Source of the DNA: Chitinophagaceae bacterium
GTDB lineage: Bacteria; Bacteroidota; Bacteroidia; Chitinophagales; Chitinophagaceae
NCBI GenBank assembly: GCA_049242865.1
Contig: JBMLOR010000065.1
Location: 7,686 to 71,685, forward strand
Reading direction: 5' to 3'
Length of the DNA stretch: 64,000 bases
Shown in pieces: positions 47,433-57,425 of this stretch (positions are counted from its first letter, which is position 1; each line of letters starts with the position of its first letter). The notes under the pieces are model-generated. The model searched no databases. It was not told where the DNA came from and worked only from the letters and a program-made list of their open reading frames with translations. Both the position numbers and the translations under genes were made by a program.

Positions 47433-49454
47433 ATGAATCACACTAAAAAACTGCTTTTGATGATGCTATTGGCATGCAACCAACTTATTGCTCAAAACTT
47501 ACGCAAAGAAAAATTTGGAAACATTAAAATCGAAGATTTTACTCCCACATCACCCATTCTAACTACAGATGATGCTGCGGTAATTTTATATGATATTGGC
47601 AGCACTGTATTTGAAGGTAATAATCAAGGTGGCTTTGATTTACTGTATAAACATCACAAAAAAATTTTAATAAAAAAAAGAAGTGCTTTTGATTTGGCAA
47701 CTATACAAGAAAGGTTATATAATGGTGATTATGAAAGTGAAGAGAGATTGGAGGATGTAAAAGCTGCAACCTACAATATTGTTGATGGAAAAATTGTAAC
47801 ATCTAATTTAGAAGTAAAAAAAGATGTTGCAAAAGAACAATTGAATAAAAGTGTTTTAGAGAAAAAGTTTACATTGCCTGAGGTAAAAGAAGGCTGTATA
47901 GTAGAGTACTCATACACAGTAAGAACAAAAAATATTGGAGATATGCATAGTTGGGATTTTCAGGATGTGCATCCCACACTTTGGAGTGAATATCATGTAG
48001 TCATCCCACCAATGTATAGTTATCTTCAACAAAGAAGAGGGCTTGGCGAAAGGTATGATATTGATAGCTTTAAAACAGTGTATCAAAATTATAATATAAT
48101 TTTTCCAAACGATTATGGGCCAAGTGAGCATTATAATTTTCCAGGTGAGGCAAAATGGGCTTTATGGGTAAGAAAAGATGTTCCCGCATTTAAGCTTGAA
48201 GACTTTACATCTAGCTTAAGAAATTATTTAAGCAGTATTGAATTTCATTACTTTTCATTTCAATTAAATAAAGAAAGCCCGGTTAAACTAAAAATTAAAG
48301 ATTGGCTAAGTACAGCAAGTAGTTATTTAAATGCTCCAAACTTTGGAGCAATTTTAAATTTGGAAAAAAATGAATGGGTGGCAACAGAAGCAAAAAAAAT
48401 TGTAGGTACAAGTATAGATGAAGAAGCTGCAAAAAAAGTATACAATTATTTTAAAGATAATTTTAACTGTATTTCAAAAAGAGGTACCACTTTTTCGAAT
48501 GATCCTAAAAAAATTTGGCAGAATAAAAAAGGTAGGGTTAGTGATATAAATTTATTACTTAATGCATTTTTATATCATCTAGGGTTTAAAACTAGCCCTG
48601 TAATTTTAAGTACACAAAGCAATGGACGACCAGATGAAGTGAGAGCTATAACTTATCAGTTTAATTATGTTATTGCAGAATTAGAAATAAATAATAAAAA
48701 ATATTTACTAGATGCCACTAATAAATATTTAGGCTTTGGACAAATTCCAGAAGATTGTTATGGGGGTTCAGGAAGAAAAATTGATAGAATGCCAATTTTA
48801 ATTCCACTTAATGCAGATAGTTTAATTGAAGCAAAAAGCACATCAATTTTTATTGTAAATAGTGAAAAAAAAGGTAAGTTAGAGGCAAGTTTTACTACCA
48901 ATTTGGGCGTGTATGAAAGTGCAAGAGAAAGGGAAAAATATAGTAAAGAAGGTAAAGAAAATTACTTTAATAAATTTGAAAAAGCATATGCTTTTCCAAT
49001 AAAAATTTCAAGTAAAGAGATTGAAAATGAAACTGAACTAACGGAGCCTTTTGTTTTAAAATACGATTTTGATACCGAACTTGGGGATGAAGATATAATT
49101 TATTTTACACCACTACTAGCAGAAGCAACCACAAAAAATCCATTTAAAAGTGCTACACGCAATTACCCTGTTGAAATGTCTTATGGTATAGACGAAACTA
49201 TTATACTAGATATGGAAATACCAAATGGTTATGTTGTTGATGAATTGCCTAAAAGCATAAAAGCCACTTTATTAGAAGGTGAAGGTAAATTTGAGTACAT
49301 CATTGTTAATAGAAACAATAAAATTCAACTACGTAGTAGAATTTTTATTAACAAGGCAAACTTTGCAACAGAAGAATATGAGGTGTTAAGAAATTTTTGG
49401 GGAATGATTGTAAAAAAACATGCCGAGCAAATTGTATTCAAAAAAATAAAATAA
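47433..49454 (+). CDS. Secreted DUF3857 / transglutaminase-like (catalytic Cys and His absent) / DUF3858-type protein
   Basis: 673 aa with signal peptide LLLMMLLACNQLIAQ. The TGase-core position reads KKGRVSDINLLLNAFLYHLG...FNYVIAEL...LLDATN, so there is no Cys or His. The architecture parallels the next gene. Confidence 0.6.
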   Translation: MNHTKKLLLMMLLACNQLIAQNLRKEKFGNIKIEDFTPTSPILTTDDAAVILYDIGSTVFEGNNQGGFDLLYKHHKKILIKKRSAFDLATIQERLYNGDYESEERLEDVKAATYNIVDGKIVTSNLEVKKDVAKEQLNKSVLEKKFTLPEVKEGCIVEYSYTVRTKNIGDMHSWDFQDVHPTLWSEYHVVIPPMYSYLQQRRGLGERYDIDSFKTVYQNYNIIFPNDYGPSEHYNFPGEAKWALWVRKDVPAFKLEDFTSSLRNYLSSIEFHYFSFQLNKESPVKLKIKDWLSTASSYLNAPNFGAILNLEKNEWVATEAKKIVGTSIDEEAAKKVYNYFKDNFNCISKRGTTFSNDPKKIWQNKKGRVSDINLLLNAFLYHLGFKTSPVILSTQSNGRPDEVRAITYQFNYVIAELEINNKKYLLDATNKYLGFGQIPEDCYGGSGRKIDRMPILIPLNADSLIEAKSTSIFIVNSEKKGKLEASFTTNLGVYESAREREKYSKEGKENYFNKFEKAYAFPIKISSKEIENETELTEPFVLKYDFDTELGDEDIIYFTPLLAEATTKNPFKSATRNYPVEMSYGIDETIILDMEIPNGYVVDELPKSIKATLLEGEGKFEYIIVNRNNKIQLRSRIFINKANFATEEYEVLRNFWGMIVKKHAEQIVFKKIK

Positions 49455-49460
49455 ACAGTA

Positions 49461-51362
49461 ATGACATACAAAAAATTTATTAGCCTTTTGTCGGTTTTAA
49501 TAATCACCAACTTTTCAATCGCACAAGACTATGCTGTTGCTAACATTCCAGATTCATTATTGCAAAATGCCAATGTTGTAAAGCGTTTTGAAGAACTAAC
49601 TGTAGAAATAAAAGATATTGACAAAGCAGTATTTAAACATAAGTATGCTTACACTATTTTAAATGAGAAAGGAGCAAGGTTTGCTTATTACTTTAATGGA
49701 TATGATAAATTAAGGAAATTAAGTGGTATTGATGGAAAGCTATTTGATGCTAGTGGAAAAGAATTAAAGTCGTTAAAACGAAAAGATATTATTGTAGAAA
49801 GCGATAATGATGATAGTTTTTTATCTGACGAAAAAATAAAATATTTTTCTTTTCAGTATAACATATATCCCTACACTGTTGAGTACGAGAATGAAATAGT
49901 ATTTGATGGAATTTATCAGTTATATCCATGGATTGCAGTTGATGCTTATAATATGAGTGTGCAACAAAGCAAACTTGTAATTAAACAACCTAAAAACTAT
50001 CAGGTTCGTTTAAAATTTACTGGTGAAAACTATATTCAAAAAACTGTAAACGAGGGCAATCAAGTTTTTGTATTGCAAAATTTTAAAGCTTTACAAAACG
50101 AGCCATTTGCACCCGATGCTTTAAGCATTTTACCCAATATAAAACTAGCTCCAAGTGATTTTAGTATAGCAGGGTATACTGGTAATATGGATACTTGGGA
50201 AGGTTTAGGTAAATTTCATTTAGAACTGAATAAAGGTAGAAATGATTTGCCTAATGAAATTAAAAAAGCTGTACACGATATTGCAGACAACAAATCTACT
50301 ATTGAAGAAAAGGTTAAAGCAATATATGAATATATGCAAAGTAATACTAGATATATTAGTATTCAATTGGGTATTGGAGGCTGGCAACCTTTGCCTGCTA
50401 GCTTTGTAGCACAAAAAAAATATGGCGATTGTAAAGCTCTCAGCAATTATATGGTAAGTATGTTGCAAGAGGCAGGTGTAAAAGCAAGTTATGTAATTAT
50501 AAAATCAGACAAATACGAGCGAAATGGTCTATCAGAAAATTTTCCTACAGCAAATTTTAATCATATAGTTTGTTGTGTACCTAATGGTAAAGATAGTATT
50601 TGGTTGGAGTGTACTAGTCAAACTTTAAGTGCTGGTTACATGGGCACTAGCACTGGTAATAAAAAAGCATTATTGGTTAACGATGAAGGTGGCCATGTTG
50701 TAAGTACACCAAAATTTAATTTAAATAACGATTTTACAAAACGTACAGTTAATGCAGTTTTAAATATTGAGGGTAAAATAACCATTAAATCAAACACAAT
50801 TTATAGTGGAACAGAGCAAGAACGCCCACACGGAATTTACAGTTATGCTAGCGAAGAAGAAAAGAAAAGTTATTATAACGAAATTTATAATTTACCAAAT
50901 TACAGTATAACAAAAATTACACTAAAAGAGCAAAAGGGGCGTGTGCCAATAATGCAAGAAGATGTAGAAATTGAGGCCGAAAACTATGCAGCTGTTAGTG
51001 GTAAACGTATGTTTATTGTAGCTAATTTGTTTTCAAGAGAACCTAAATTGCCAAATGATAAACCAAGAACATATCCAATAGTTTATACAAGAACTTATAG
51101 AGATATTGACACAATAAATATTGAAGTTCCAAAAGGTTATACTATTGAATCAATGCCCAAACCATTAGATGTAACGAATGAGTTCGGAAAGTATAAAATT
51201 GAGTATAGTTTAAACAATGGCATTTTAAAAGTTACTCGATTGTATGAGCAAGAAGTAAATACTTTTCCAGCAAATAGTTACAACGCTTTAGTAGCTTTTT
51301 ACGATGTTATGTATAAGGCAGATAGGGCTAAAATTGTATTGGTAAAAAAGGAGGATAATTAA
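49461..51362 (+). CDS. Secreted DUF3857 / transglutaminase-like (Cys-His retained) / DUF3858-type protein
   Basis: 633 aa with signal peptide LSVLIITNFSIAQ. The TGase core reads YGDCKALSNYMVSMLQEAG...FNHIVCCV...IWLECTS. It starts 6 bp after the previous paralogue. Confidence 0.65.
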   Translation: MTYKKFISLLSVLIITNFSIAQDYAVANIPDSLLQNANVVKRFEELTVEIKDIDKAVFKHKYAYTILNEKGARFAYYFNGYDKLRKLSGIDGKLFDASGKELKSLKRKDIIVESDNDDSFLSDEKIKYFSFQYNIYPYTVEYENEIVFDGIYQLYPWIAVDAYNMSVQQSKLVIKQPKNYQVRLKFTGENYIQKTVNEGNQVFVLQNFKALQNEPFAPDALSILPNIKLAPSDFSIAGYTGNMDTWEGLGKFHLELNKGRNDLPNEIKKAVHDIADNKSTIEEKVKAIYEYMQSNTRYISIQLGIGGWQPLPASFVAQKKYGDCKALSNYMVSMLQEAGVKASYVIIKSDKYERNGLSENFPTANFNHIVCCVPNGKDSIWLECTSQTLSAGYMGTSTGNKKALLVNDEGGHVVSTPKFNLNNDFTKRTVNAVLNIEGKITIKSNTIYSGTEQERPHGIYSYASEEEKKSYYNEIYNLPNYSITKITLKEQKGRVPIMQEDVEIEAENYAAVSGKRMFIVANLFSREPKLPNDKPRTYPIVYTRTYRDIDTINIEVPKGYTIESMPKPLDVTNEFGKYKIEYSLNNGILKVTRLYEQEVNTFPANSYNALVAFYDVMYKADRAKIVLVKKEDN

Positions 51363-51365
51363 TAA

Positions 51366-52148
51366 TTATTCTCCTAATGTTCCTCCATTTACAACTCTTA
51401 CTAATTCGTCGTGTATTAACCCATTGCTAGCAATTAATCCCGGTTGATATGGATTATAATAATTGCCTTTAAGATCAGTTACTTTGCCACCTGCTTCTTC
51501 TACAATTATAAAACCAGCAGCACTATCCCATGCACTTAGCTTATGTTCATAAAAGCCATCAAATCTACCAGCAGCAACCCAGCATAAATCAATTGCTGCA
51601 CTGCCTAATCTACGTACAGGTATGCCTTTTCTTATAAACTTTTCAAACACCTGCAATGGACCATTCTCCATATCTAAATAAGTGTAAGGAAAACCAGTAA
51701 CCATGCAGCTTTTAATTAAGTCGTTTTGCGTGCTTACATTTATTTTCTTATCATTTAATGTGGCACCAAATCCTTTTTGTGCAAAATAAAATTCATTCAT
51801 AAAAGGATTATAAACAGCACCCATTTCCATTTTACCATTATACTCTACTCCAATACTTACACAACAAATAGGTATACCGTTTGCAAAATTTACTGTACCA
51901 TCAATAGGGTCAATGATCCATTTATATTCACTGTTTTGTTCCATAGCACCTGCTTCTTCACTTAAAATAAAGTGTTCAGGAAAGTTTGATTTTATAATTT
52001 CAATGATAGCTTTTTCGCTTTTATGATCTACTTCTGTAACTAAGTTATTAATTCCTTCTTTGTTAAATATTCCAAAAGATTTATTAAAGTTTTCTTGCAT
52101 TATTTTTCCACCCGCTAGGGTTGCTTCTATCAATGTTTGCTTTAGCAT
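51366..52148 (-). CDS. Inositol monophosphatase family protein (SuhB-like)
   Basis: 260 aa with the motifs LSEE, WIIDPIDGTVNF and WDSAAG. Confidence 0.88.
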   Translation of the reverse strand: MLKQTLIEATLAGGKIMQENFNKSFGIFNKEGINNLVTEVDHKSEKAIIEIIKSNFPEHFILSEEAGAMEQNSEYKWIIDPIDGTVNFANGIPICCVSIGVEYNGKMEMGAVYNPFMNEFYFAQKGFGATLNDKKINVSTQNDLIKSCMVTGFPYTYLDMENGPLQVFEKFIRKGIPVRRLGSAAIDLCWVAAGRFDGFYEHKLSAWDSAAGFIIVEEAGGKVTDLKGNYYNPYQPGLIASNGLIHDELVRVVNGGTLGE

Positions 52149-52263
52149 TTTATTTACAATTTAAAAGTGCGTAAAAATATAGTTTATGCAGGTAAATACA
52201 GGTATTAAAAAATAACCTACAGAACATTTTATTTGCTTTACCTTAGCATCCTTTAATAAACAA

Positions 52264-53148
52264 ATGATTGTAGCTATTTATAGTAGAGGAATTGCAATTG
52301 AACAACAAGAACAAGTTTTGCAACTTTTAGAACGCTTTAATAATTTGGGTTCTACAATTTTTTTGTATAAGCCTTTGAGAGATACGTTAGTGTTGCCAAG
52401 CTTTTTATATACCAAAGTGCATCCTTTTTTACAGCATAAAGATTTGGTTGATAACGAAGTAGAGTGTTTGATAACTATTGGCGGGGATGGAACTTTGTTA
52501 GATGCTGTAACATTTGCAGCCAATAGTAATATTCCCATTCTGGGAATAAATTTTGGAAGGCTAGGTTTTTTAGCTAGCATCAGTAAAGAAGAAGTGAATG
52601 CTGCTGTTGATTCGTTGGTAAATGGAACCTACATTGTTGATAAACGAACCTTAATTCATTTAGATTCAAATGTGCCTAATTTATTTGGCGAGCACCCTTA
52701 CGGTTTAAATGAGTTTGCCTTGCATAAGCAAGATATTTCGAGTATGATAAAAATACATACTTATATAAATGGTGAGTTTTTAAATACCTACTGGGCCGAT
52801 GGTTTAATTGTAAGCACACCAACTGGCAGTACAGGGTATAACTTAAGTTGTGGTGGTCCAATATTGTTTCCAGAAAGTGCAAGTTTTGTAATTACGCCCG
52901 TATCACCTCATAACTTAAATGTAAGGCCAATTGTAGTTGCCGATAACAACATCATTTCTTTTGAGGTTGAAGGTAGAGCAGATAATTTTATTTGTGTGTT
53001 AGATGCAAGGAGAGAACTTGTAAAAATGGATGTACAGTTGGCTGTAAAAAAAGAAACGTTTACAGTAAATCTTATAAGGTTAAATGAAAATAGCTTTTTA
53101 TCTACCTTAAGAACTAAGCTTACTTGGGGAATGGATAAAAGAAATTAA
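52264..53148 (+). CDS. nadK: NAD+ kinase
   Basis: 294 aa with the motifs GGDGTLL, NFGRLGFL, STPTGSTGYNLSCGGPI and SPHNL. Confidence 0.92.
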   Translation: MIVAIYSRGIAIEQQEQVLQLLERFNNLGSTIFLYKPLRDTLVLPSFLYTKVHPFLQHKDLVDNEVECLITIGGDGTLLDAVTFAANSNIPILGINFGRLGFLASISKEEVNAAVDSLVNGTYIVDKRTLIHLDSNVPNLFGEHPYGLNEFALHKQDISSMIKIHTYINGEFLNTYWADGLIVSTPTGSTGYNLSCGGPILFPESASFVITPVSPHNLNVRPIVVADNNIISFEVEGRADNFICVLDARRELVKMDVQLAVKKETFTVNLIRLNENSFLSTLRTKLTWGMDKRN

Positions 53149-53256
53149 CTTTTTATTGCTAAAAAAAGCCTCATCTTTACCAATAATAAAAATATCTCAT
53201 CTTAAAAACGAGCTTCTTTATTGCAAAAACTTTACTTTGTAACATTTAATAAATTA

Positions 53257-54105
53257 ATGAAAACAATAGTAGCTTTTTTATTTATAGTTTTTGGAATAAG
53301 CAAAAGCATTAAGGCACAGGTTTTTGAAAGTTATGTGCATCAAGGTGAGTTAGGCATTAGTGCAGGTATAGGGCATTATTTTGGAGATATAAATCCCGAA
53401 ATAAACTTTAATAGCCCAAAATTTTCAGCTTCTATTCACTTTACAAAGCAATTTAATAATTATGTTGGTTTAAAGCTTTCTGGTACTTATGCTTTTTTGG
53501 CACATGCCGATAAGTATAGCTTTAACAATGTACAACGCTTGCGTAACTTAAGTTTTAATTCAGATGTTTGGGAGTTTACAGCAAGCGGAACATTTAATTT
53601 TTTTAAATTTAATCCATTATTTCCGGAGTACAGATTTACACCTTACGTTGGTTTAGGTGTAGGAATTTTTAGTTACGATCCGTACGCTTTTTTAGGTGGC
53701 GAAAAATATTTTTTAAGAAATATTGGAACTGAAGGGCAGGGTAGTAGTTTGTATCCTGAAAGAAAGCCTTATGGCAATGTGGCTTATTGTTTTCCATTAA
53801 CTATTGGTTTAAAATATGCCATAAATAGCAGGATGAATATTTTTACAGAAATGAAATACAGGTTTACAACAACCGATTATTTAGATGATGTAAGCACTAC
53901 TTATGCACCTGGTGCTTTTCCTTTAGACCCTACAACAGGGGTTCCTACAGCTGGCTTTTTTTTACACGATAGAAGTTATGAATATGGTACTTCAATAGGC
54001 ATAGAAGGCAGACAAAGAGGCAACAGTTTAGCTAACGATGCCTTTGCAACCTTTCAAGTTGGTATATCATTTAACTTACAAAAATATGTTTGTCCAAAGT
54101 TTTAA
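53257..54105 (+). CDS. DUF6089-like outer-membrane beta-barrel protein
   Basis: The track ORF starts at 53221 (TTG). I use ATG 53257 (MKTIVAFLFIVFGISKSIKAQ). It has an alternating-strand pattern with Tyr/Phe/Gly, and it sits after nadK as I recall for this family. Confidence 0.55.
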   Translation: MKTIVAFLFIVFGISKSIKAQVFESYVHQGELGISAGIGHYFGDINPEINFNSPKFSASIHFTKQFNNYVGLKLSGTYAFLAHADKYSFNNVQRLRNLSFNSDVWEFTASGTFNFFKFNPLFPEYRFTPYVGLGVGIFSYDPYAFLGGEKYFLRNIGTEGQGSSLYPERKPYGNVAYCFPLTIGLKYAINSRMNIFTEMKYRFTTTDYLDDVSTTYAPGAFPLDPTTGVPTAGFFLHDRSYEYGTSIGIEGRQRGNSLANDAFATFQVGISFNLQKYVCPKF

Positions 54106-54125
54106 AACTTTAATGTAAGTACCAA

Positions 54126-55133
54126 TTAATATTTTCTTTTTTCCCAAAATGCTTTAATTCTGTCTGCAACATTTTGCTTAATACTTTCGTAAAAGAAATT
54201 ATAATCTGCAACATGATAGTTTTTGTTTAAAAAACCAATACCAAAAATTTTTGGTTTAGTTACCCAAACTACATTTCCAACAACGTTGGCATCAATTAAA
54301 TTTTGATGTACGTCGTTAAAATCTTTTTTTAAAATACCTTTATTTTCTTCTTTATTAGCTGTTGGTTTATCAATATCCCAAGTTATTGGGTTTGTAGTAA
54401 CTGCTGGTTGATTTTCGGCTTGTACATATTCTGGTAAATAATTATACTCAAAAGTTCTCCAACTTACTATGCATCCTGTACTATTTGGCTTGGTACACTC
54501 TTTAATATTATTAGTTAAACTTTTAGGAACGTAGTATCCAACTAAATAGGCAGCTACTAATTGATTTTGTAGAGTAGTTCCATCAAAAAATTCTTTAATT
54601 AAGTTGCGTGCATGAAATGTACCTTGGCTATGCGATGCAATTATAATTGGCCTTCCATTATTATAATTTTTCAAATAGTATTCAAAAGCATCTTTTACAT
54701 CTGCATAAGCTAGTTCAAAAGCTTTTAAAGCATTGATACTATCTTCAAAGTTTGTAGGAAAAAAACTGCTTAAGTGGGCTTGCCTATAACGTGGGGCAAA
54801 CACTCTTGCACTGCTATTAAAAACAGATGCCTGAAATTGAATACTCCCTTCATCAGTTTTTTCGTTTAAATCTTTATCAAAAACTGAGGCATTTTGGCCA
54901 AATATTTTCTTTTTAGTATAACTAGTTGGATGAATAAAAAATACATCAACACTTGTATCGGTTGCATATTTTCCTGCAATATCTTTTGGTTGCTTATCAC
55001 TAAAATCTGCTTTGTAAGGATGTGCTGCCCAAACTTCCAAACTAGCATAATTTGGTTTTTCAGGATTGTTTGTTTGGGTAAATGATGGTACAGTTAATAA
55101 TAAACTTATGGTACTTAAAAAAAATTTATTCAT
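54126..55133 (-). CDS. DUF3089-like secreted alpha/beta hydrolase (lipase-like)
   Basis: 335 aa with signal peptide LLLTVPSFTQT. The nucleophile elbow is IIASHSQGT. Confidence 0.6.
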   Translation of the reverse strand: MNKFFLSTISLLLTVPSFTQTNNPEKPNYASLEVWAAHPYKADFSDKQPKDIAGKYATDTSVDVFFIHPTSYTKKKIFGQNASVFDKDLNEKTDEGSIQFQASVFNSSARVFAPRYRQAHLSSFFPTNFEDSINALKAFELAYADVKDAFEYYLKNYNNGRPIIIASHSQGTFHARNLIKEFFDGTTLQNQLVAAYLVGYYVPKSLTNNIKECTKPNSTGCIVSWRTFEYNYLPEYVQAENQPAVTTNPITWDIDKPTANKEENKGILKKDFNDVHQNLIDANVVGNVVWVTKPKIFGIGFLNKNYHVADYNFFYESIKQNVADRIKAFWEKRKY

Positions 55134-55250
55134 ACTTCAAAAAATTATTCAAATATAAAACCTAAGCATTCAATAATCATTCCAATAAAAATCAATTATA
55201 AAAACTTTTACATTTTAAAAACAATTGTATGTTTACCCAAATTTATAAAT

Positions 55251-56804
55251 ATGTCAAATATTGAATCTTTTAAAGCGTCAGTAAACAATGGTTATCAATT
55301 TAAAGGAGAGCATGTTAAAATTGGTGTAGGTATGTTAGATGGAGTTATCGTACCTGAAGCAGATATTTTTTTACCTCTAAAAACTATGAATAGGCATGGT
55401 TTAATTGCTGGTGCTACTGGTACGGGTAAAACCAAAACTTTGCAAATGATAAGTGAAAACTTAAGTAACAATAGTGTTCCTGTGGTATTGATGGATATTA
55501 AGGGCGACTTAAGTGGTATTGCAGCTGCAGGTATGGCAAATGATAAAATAAATGATAGATGCTCAAAACTAAATATTACGTACACGCCACAGGGTTTTCC
55601 TGTTGAATTGCTAACTTTAAGCGATGCTAAAGGTGTTAAGTTGCGAGCTACTGTTACCGAGTTTGGCCCAATTTTGTTGAGTAAAATTTTAGGATTAAAC
55701 GATACTCAAGAAGGTTTGGTAGCAATGATATTTAAGTATTGTGATGATAACGCAATGCCTTTGCTCGACCTAAAAGATTTTATAAAAGTTTTACAGTTTA
55801 TTGGAGATGAAGGTAAAGCTGAAATTGAAAAATCTTATGGTAAAATTTCAACAAGCAGTACAGGAACAATTTTACGAAAAGTGGTAGAGCTACAACAGCA
55901 AGGTGCTGATGTTTTTTTTGGTGAAAAAAGTTTTGAAGTAGATGATTTAATGCGATTTAACGACAAAGGGCAAGGTATAATAAGCATTTTGCGAGTGATG
56001 GATATGCAAAGCAAGCCAAAGCTATTTAGTACATTTATGCTTCAGTTGTTAGCAGAATTATATGCCACAGCTCCTGAAGAAGGCGACTTAGATAAACCAA
56101 AATTGGTATTAATTATTGATGAAGCACATCTTGTTTTCCAGGAAGCTAACCAAGCTTTATTACAACAAATCGAAACAGTAATTAAACTAATAAGAAGTAA
56201 GGGCATTGGTATTTTCTTTTGTACTCAAAATCCACAAGATATTCCAGCAAGTATTTTATCTCAGCTTGGTTTAAAAGTACAACATGCATTGCGTGCATTT
56301 ACAGCTGCTGATAGAAAAACAATTAAAACAGCTGCCGAAAATTTTCCAGTTAGCGAACATTATGTTGTAGATGAATTGCTTACACAAATGGGTATTGGCG
56401 AGGCTTTTGTAACACTTTTAAACGAAAAGGGCATACCAACTCCTTTAGTACATACTATGCTTTGTCCACCACAAAGTAGAATGGATATTTTAACTGATAA
56501 TGAGTTGGATGAATTAATTAGTAAAAGTAAGCTAGTTAAAAAATATAATGAGGTTGTTGATACAGAAAGTGCTTACGAAATACTTACTAAAAAATTAGAA
56601 GAAGCAGCAAAAAAATCTGAAGAAGAAGCTCAGGAAAAACAAGAAGAAAAGGCAGCAAAACAAGATGAAGAAAAAGGTGGAAGCTTTTTCGATAATCCTA
56701 TATTAAAACAAGTTGGCCGTACTGCTGCACAAGTTATAACTAGAAGTTTGTTAGGAGCATTGGGCTTAGGTGGAAGAACAAGCAGAAAAAAGAGCTTGTT
56801 TTAA
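55251..56804 (+). CDS. HerA-like P-loop ATPase (DUF853 / YjgR-like)
   Basis: 517 aa. Walker A is GATGTGKT and Walker B is LVLIIDEAH. An acidic/Lys-rich segment EEAAKKSEEEAQEKQEEKAAKQDEEKGG is followed by a basic tail. Confidence 0.8.
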   Translation: MSNIESFKASVNNGYQFKGEHVKIGVGMLDGVIVPEADIFLPLKTMNRHGLIAGATGTGKTKTLQMISENLSNNSVPVVLMDIKGDLSGIAAAGMANDKINDRCSKLNITYTPQGFPVELLTLSDAKGVKLRATVTEFGPILLSKILGLNDTQEGLVAMIFKYCDDNAMPLLDLKDFIKVLQFIGDEGKAEIEKSYGKISTSSTGTILRKVVELQQQGADVFFGEKSFEVDDLMRFNDKGQGIISILRVMDMQSKPKLFSTFMLQLLAELYATAPEEGDLDKPKLVLIIDEAHLVFQEANQALLQQIETVIKLIRSKGIGIFFCTQNPQDIPASILSQLGLKVQHALRAFTAADRKTIKTAAENFPVSEHYVVDELLTQMGIGEAFVTLLNEKGIPTPLVHTMLCPPQSRMDILTDNELDELISKSKLVKKYNEVVDTESAYEILTKKLEEAAKKSEEEAQEKQEEKAAKQDEEKGGSFFDNPILKQVGRTAAQVITRSLLGALGLGGRTSRKKSLF

Positions 56805-56892
56805 AGTATAAATTCATAATAATTTATTAAAAAAAACAGTTTTAGTTGTATTGCAATAATCATAAAAATATATTTGTTCTCAAAGTTGTTAT

Positions 56893-57342
56893 ATGAAAAA
56901 AATAGTTTCGTTTTTAGGTAGTTTGTTTATAATGTATGTTGCCAATGCACAAAATTTTAAAGCTGATGATTTAGTTGGAATTTGGAAAACTGGTGAAGGC
57001 ACAGCAATGGTTAAAATTTATAAGAATGGCGAAAAGTATCAAGGAAGAATCGTATGGCTAAAAGAGCCAAATGATAAAGATGGAAAGCCAAAAACTGATG
57101 TTAATCACCCTGATGAAAAAGTGCATAACAGACCAATTGTTGGCCTAATTAATACTTGGGATTTTACTTTTAAAGAGCCAAATGAGTGGGAAAATGGTAA
57201 AATATATGATCCAAAAAATGGTAAAACTTATAGTTGTACTATAACTATGACTAGTATTAATACTATCGATGTAAGAGGATATATTGGGGTGTCATTATTT
57301 GGCAGAACTGATAGTTGGACAAGGCAAGTTCAAGGAAAATAA
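56893..57342 (+). CDS. DUF2147-like secreted protein
   Basis: 149 aa with signal peptide FIMYVANAQ. Recognisable motifs are LVGIWKTGEG...KYQGRIVWLKEPNDKDG...RPIVGL...WENGKIYDPKNGKTYSC...VRGYIG...GRTDSWTR. Confidence 0.7.
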   Translation: MKKIVSFLGSLFIMYVANAQNFKADDLVGIWKTGEGTAMVKIYKNGEKYQGRIVWLKEPNDKDGKPKTDVNHPDEKVHNRPIVGLINTWDFTFKEPNEWENGKIYDPKNGKTYSCTITMTSINTIDVRGYIGVSLFGRTDSWTRQVQGK

Positions 57343-57367
57343 ATACTTTGCTTAATTTCCAAATAAT

Positions 57368-57398
57368 AAAAAAGCTTCGATTAAATCGAAGCTTTTTT
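57368..57398. terminator. Bidirectional terminator shared by the DUF2147-like gene and atpA
   Basis: AAAAAAGCTTCGAT-TAA-ATCGAAGCTTTTTT forms a 14-bp perfect stem that includes flanking A and T runs. Confidence 0.85.
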
Positions 57399-57425
57399 AT
57401 ATATACATTCTCTTGAGGAAGTTAA

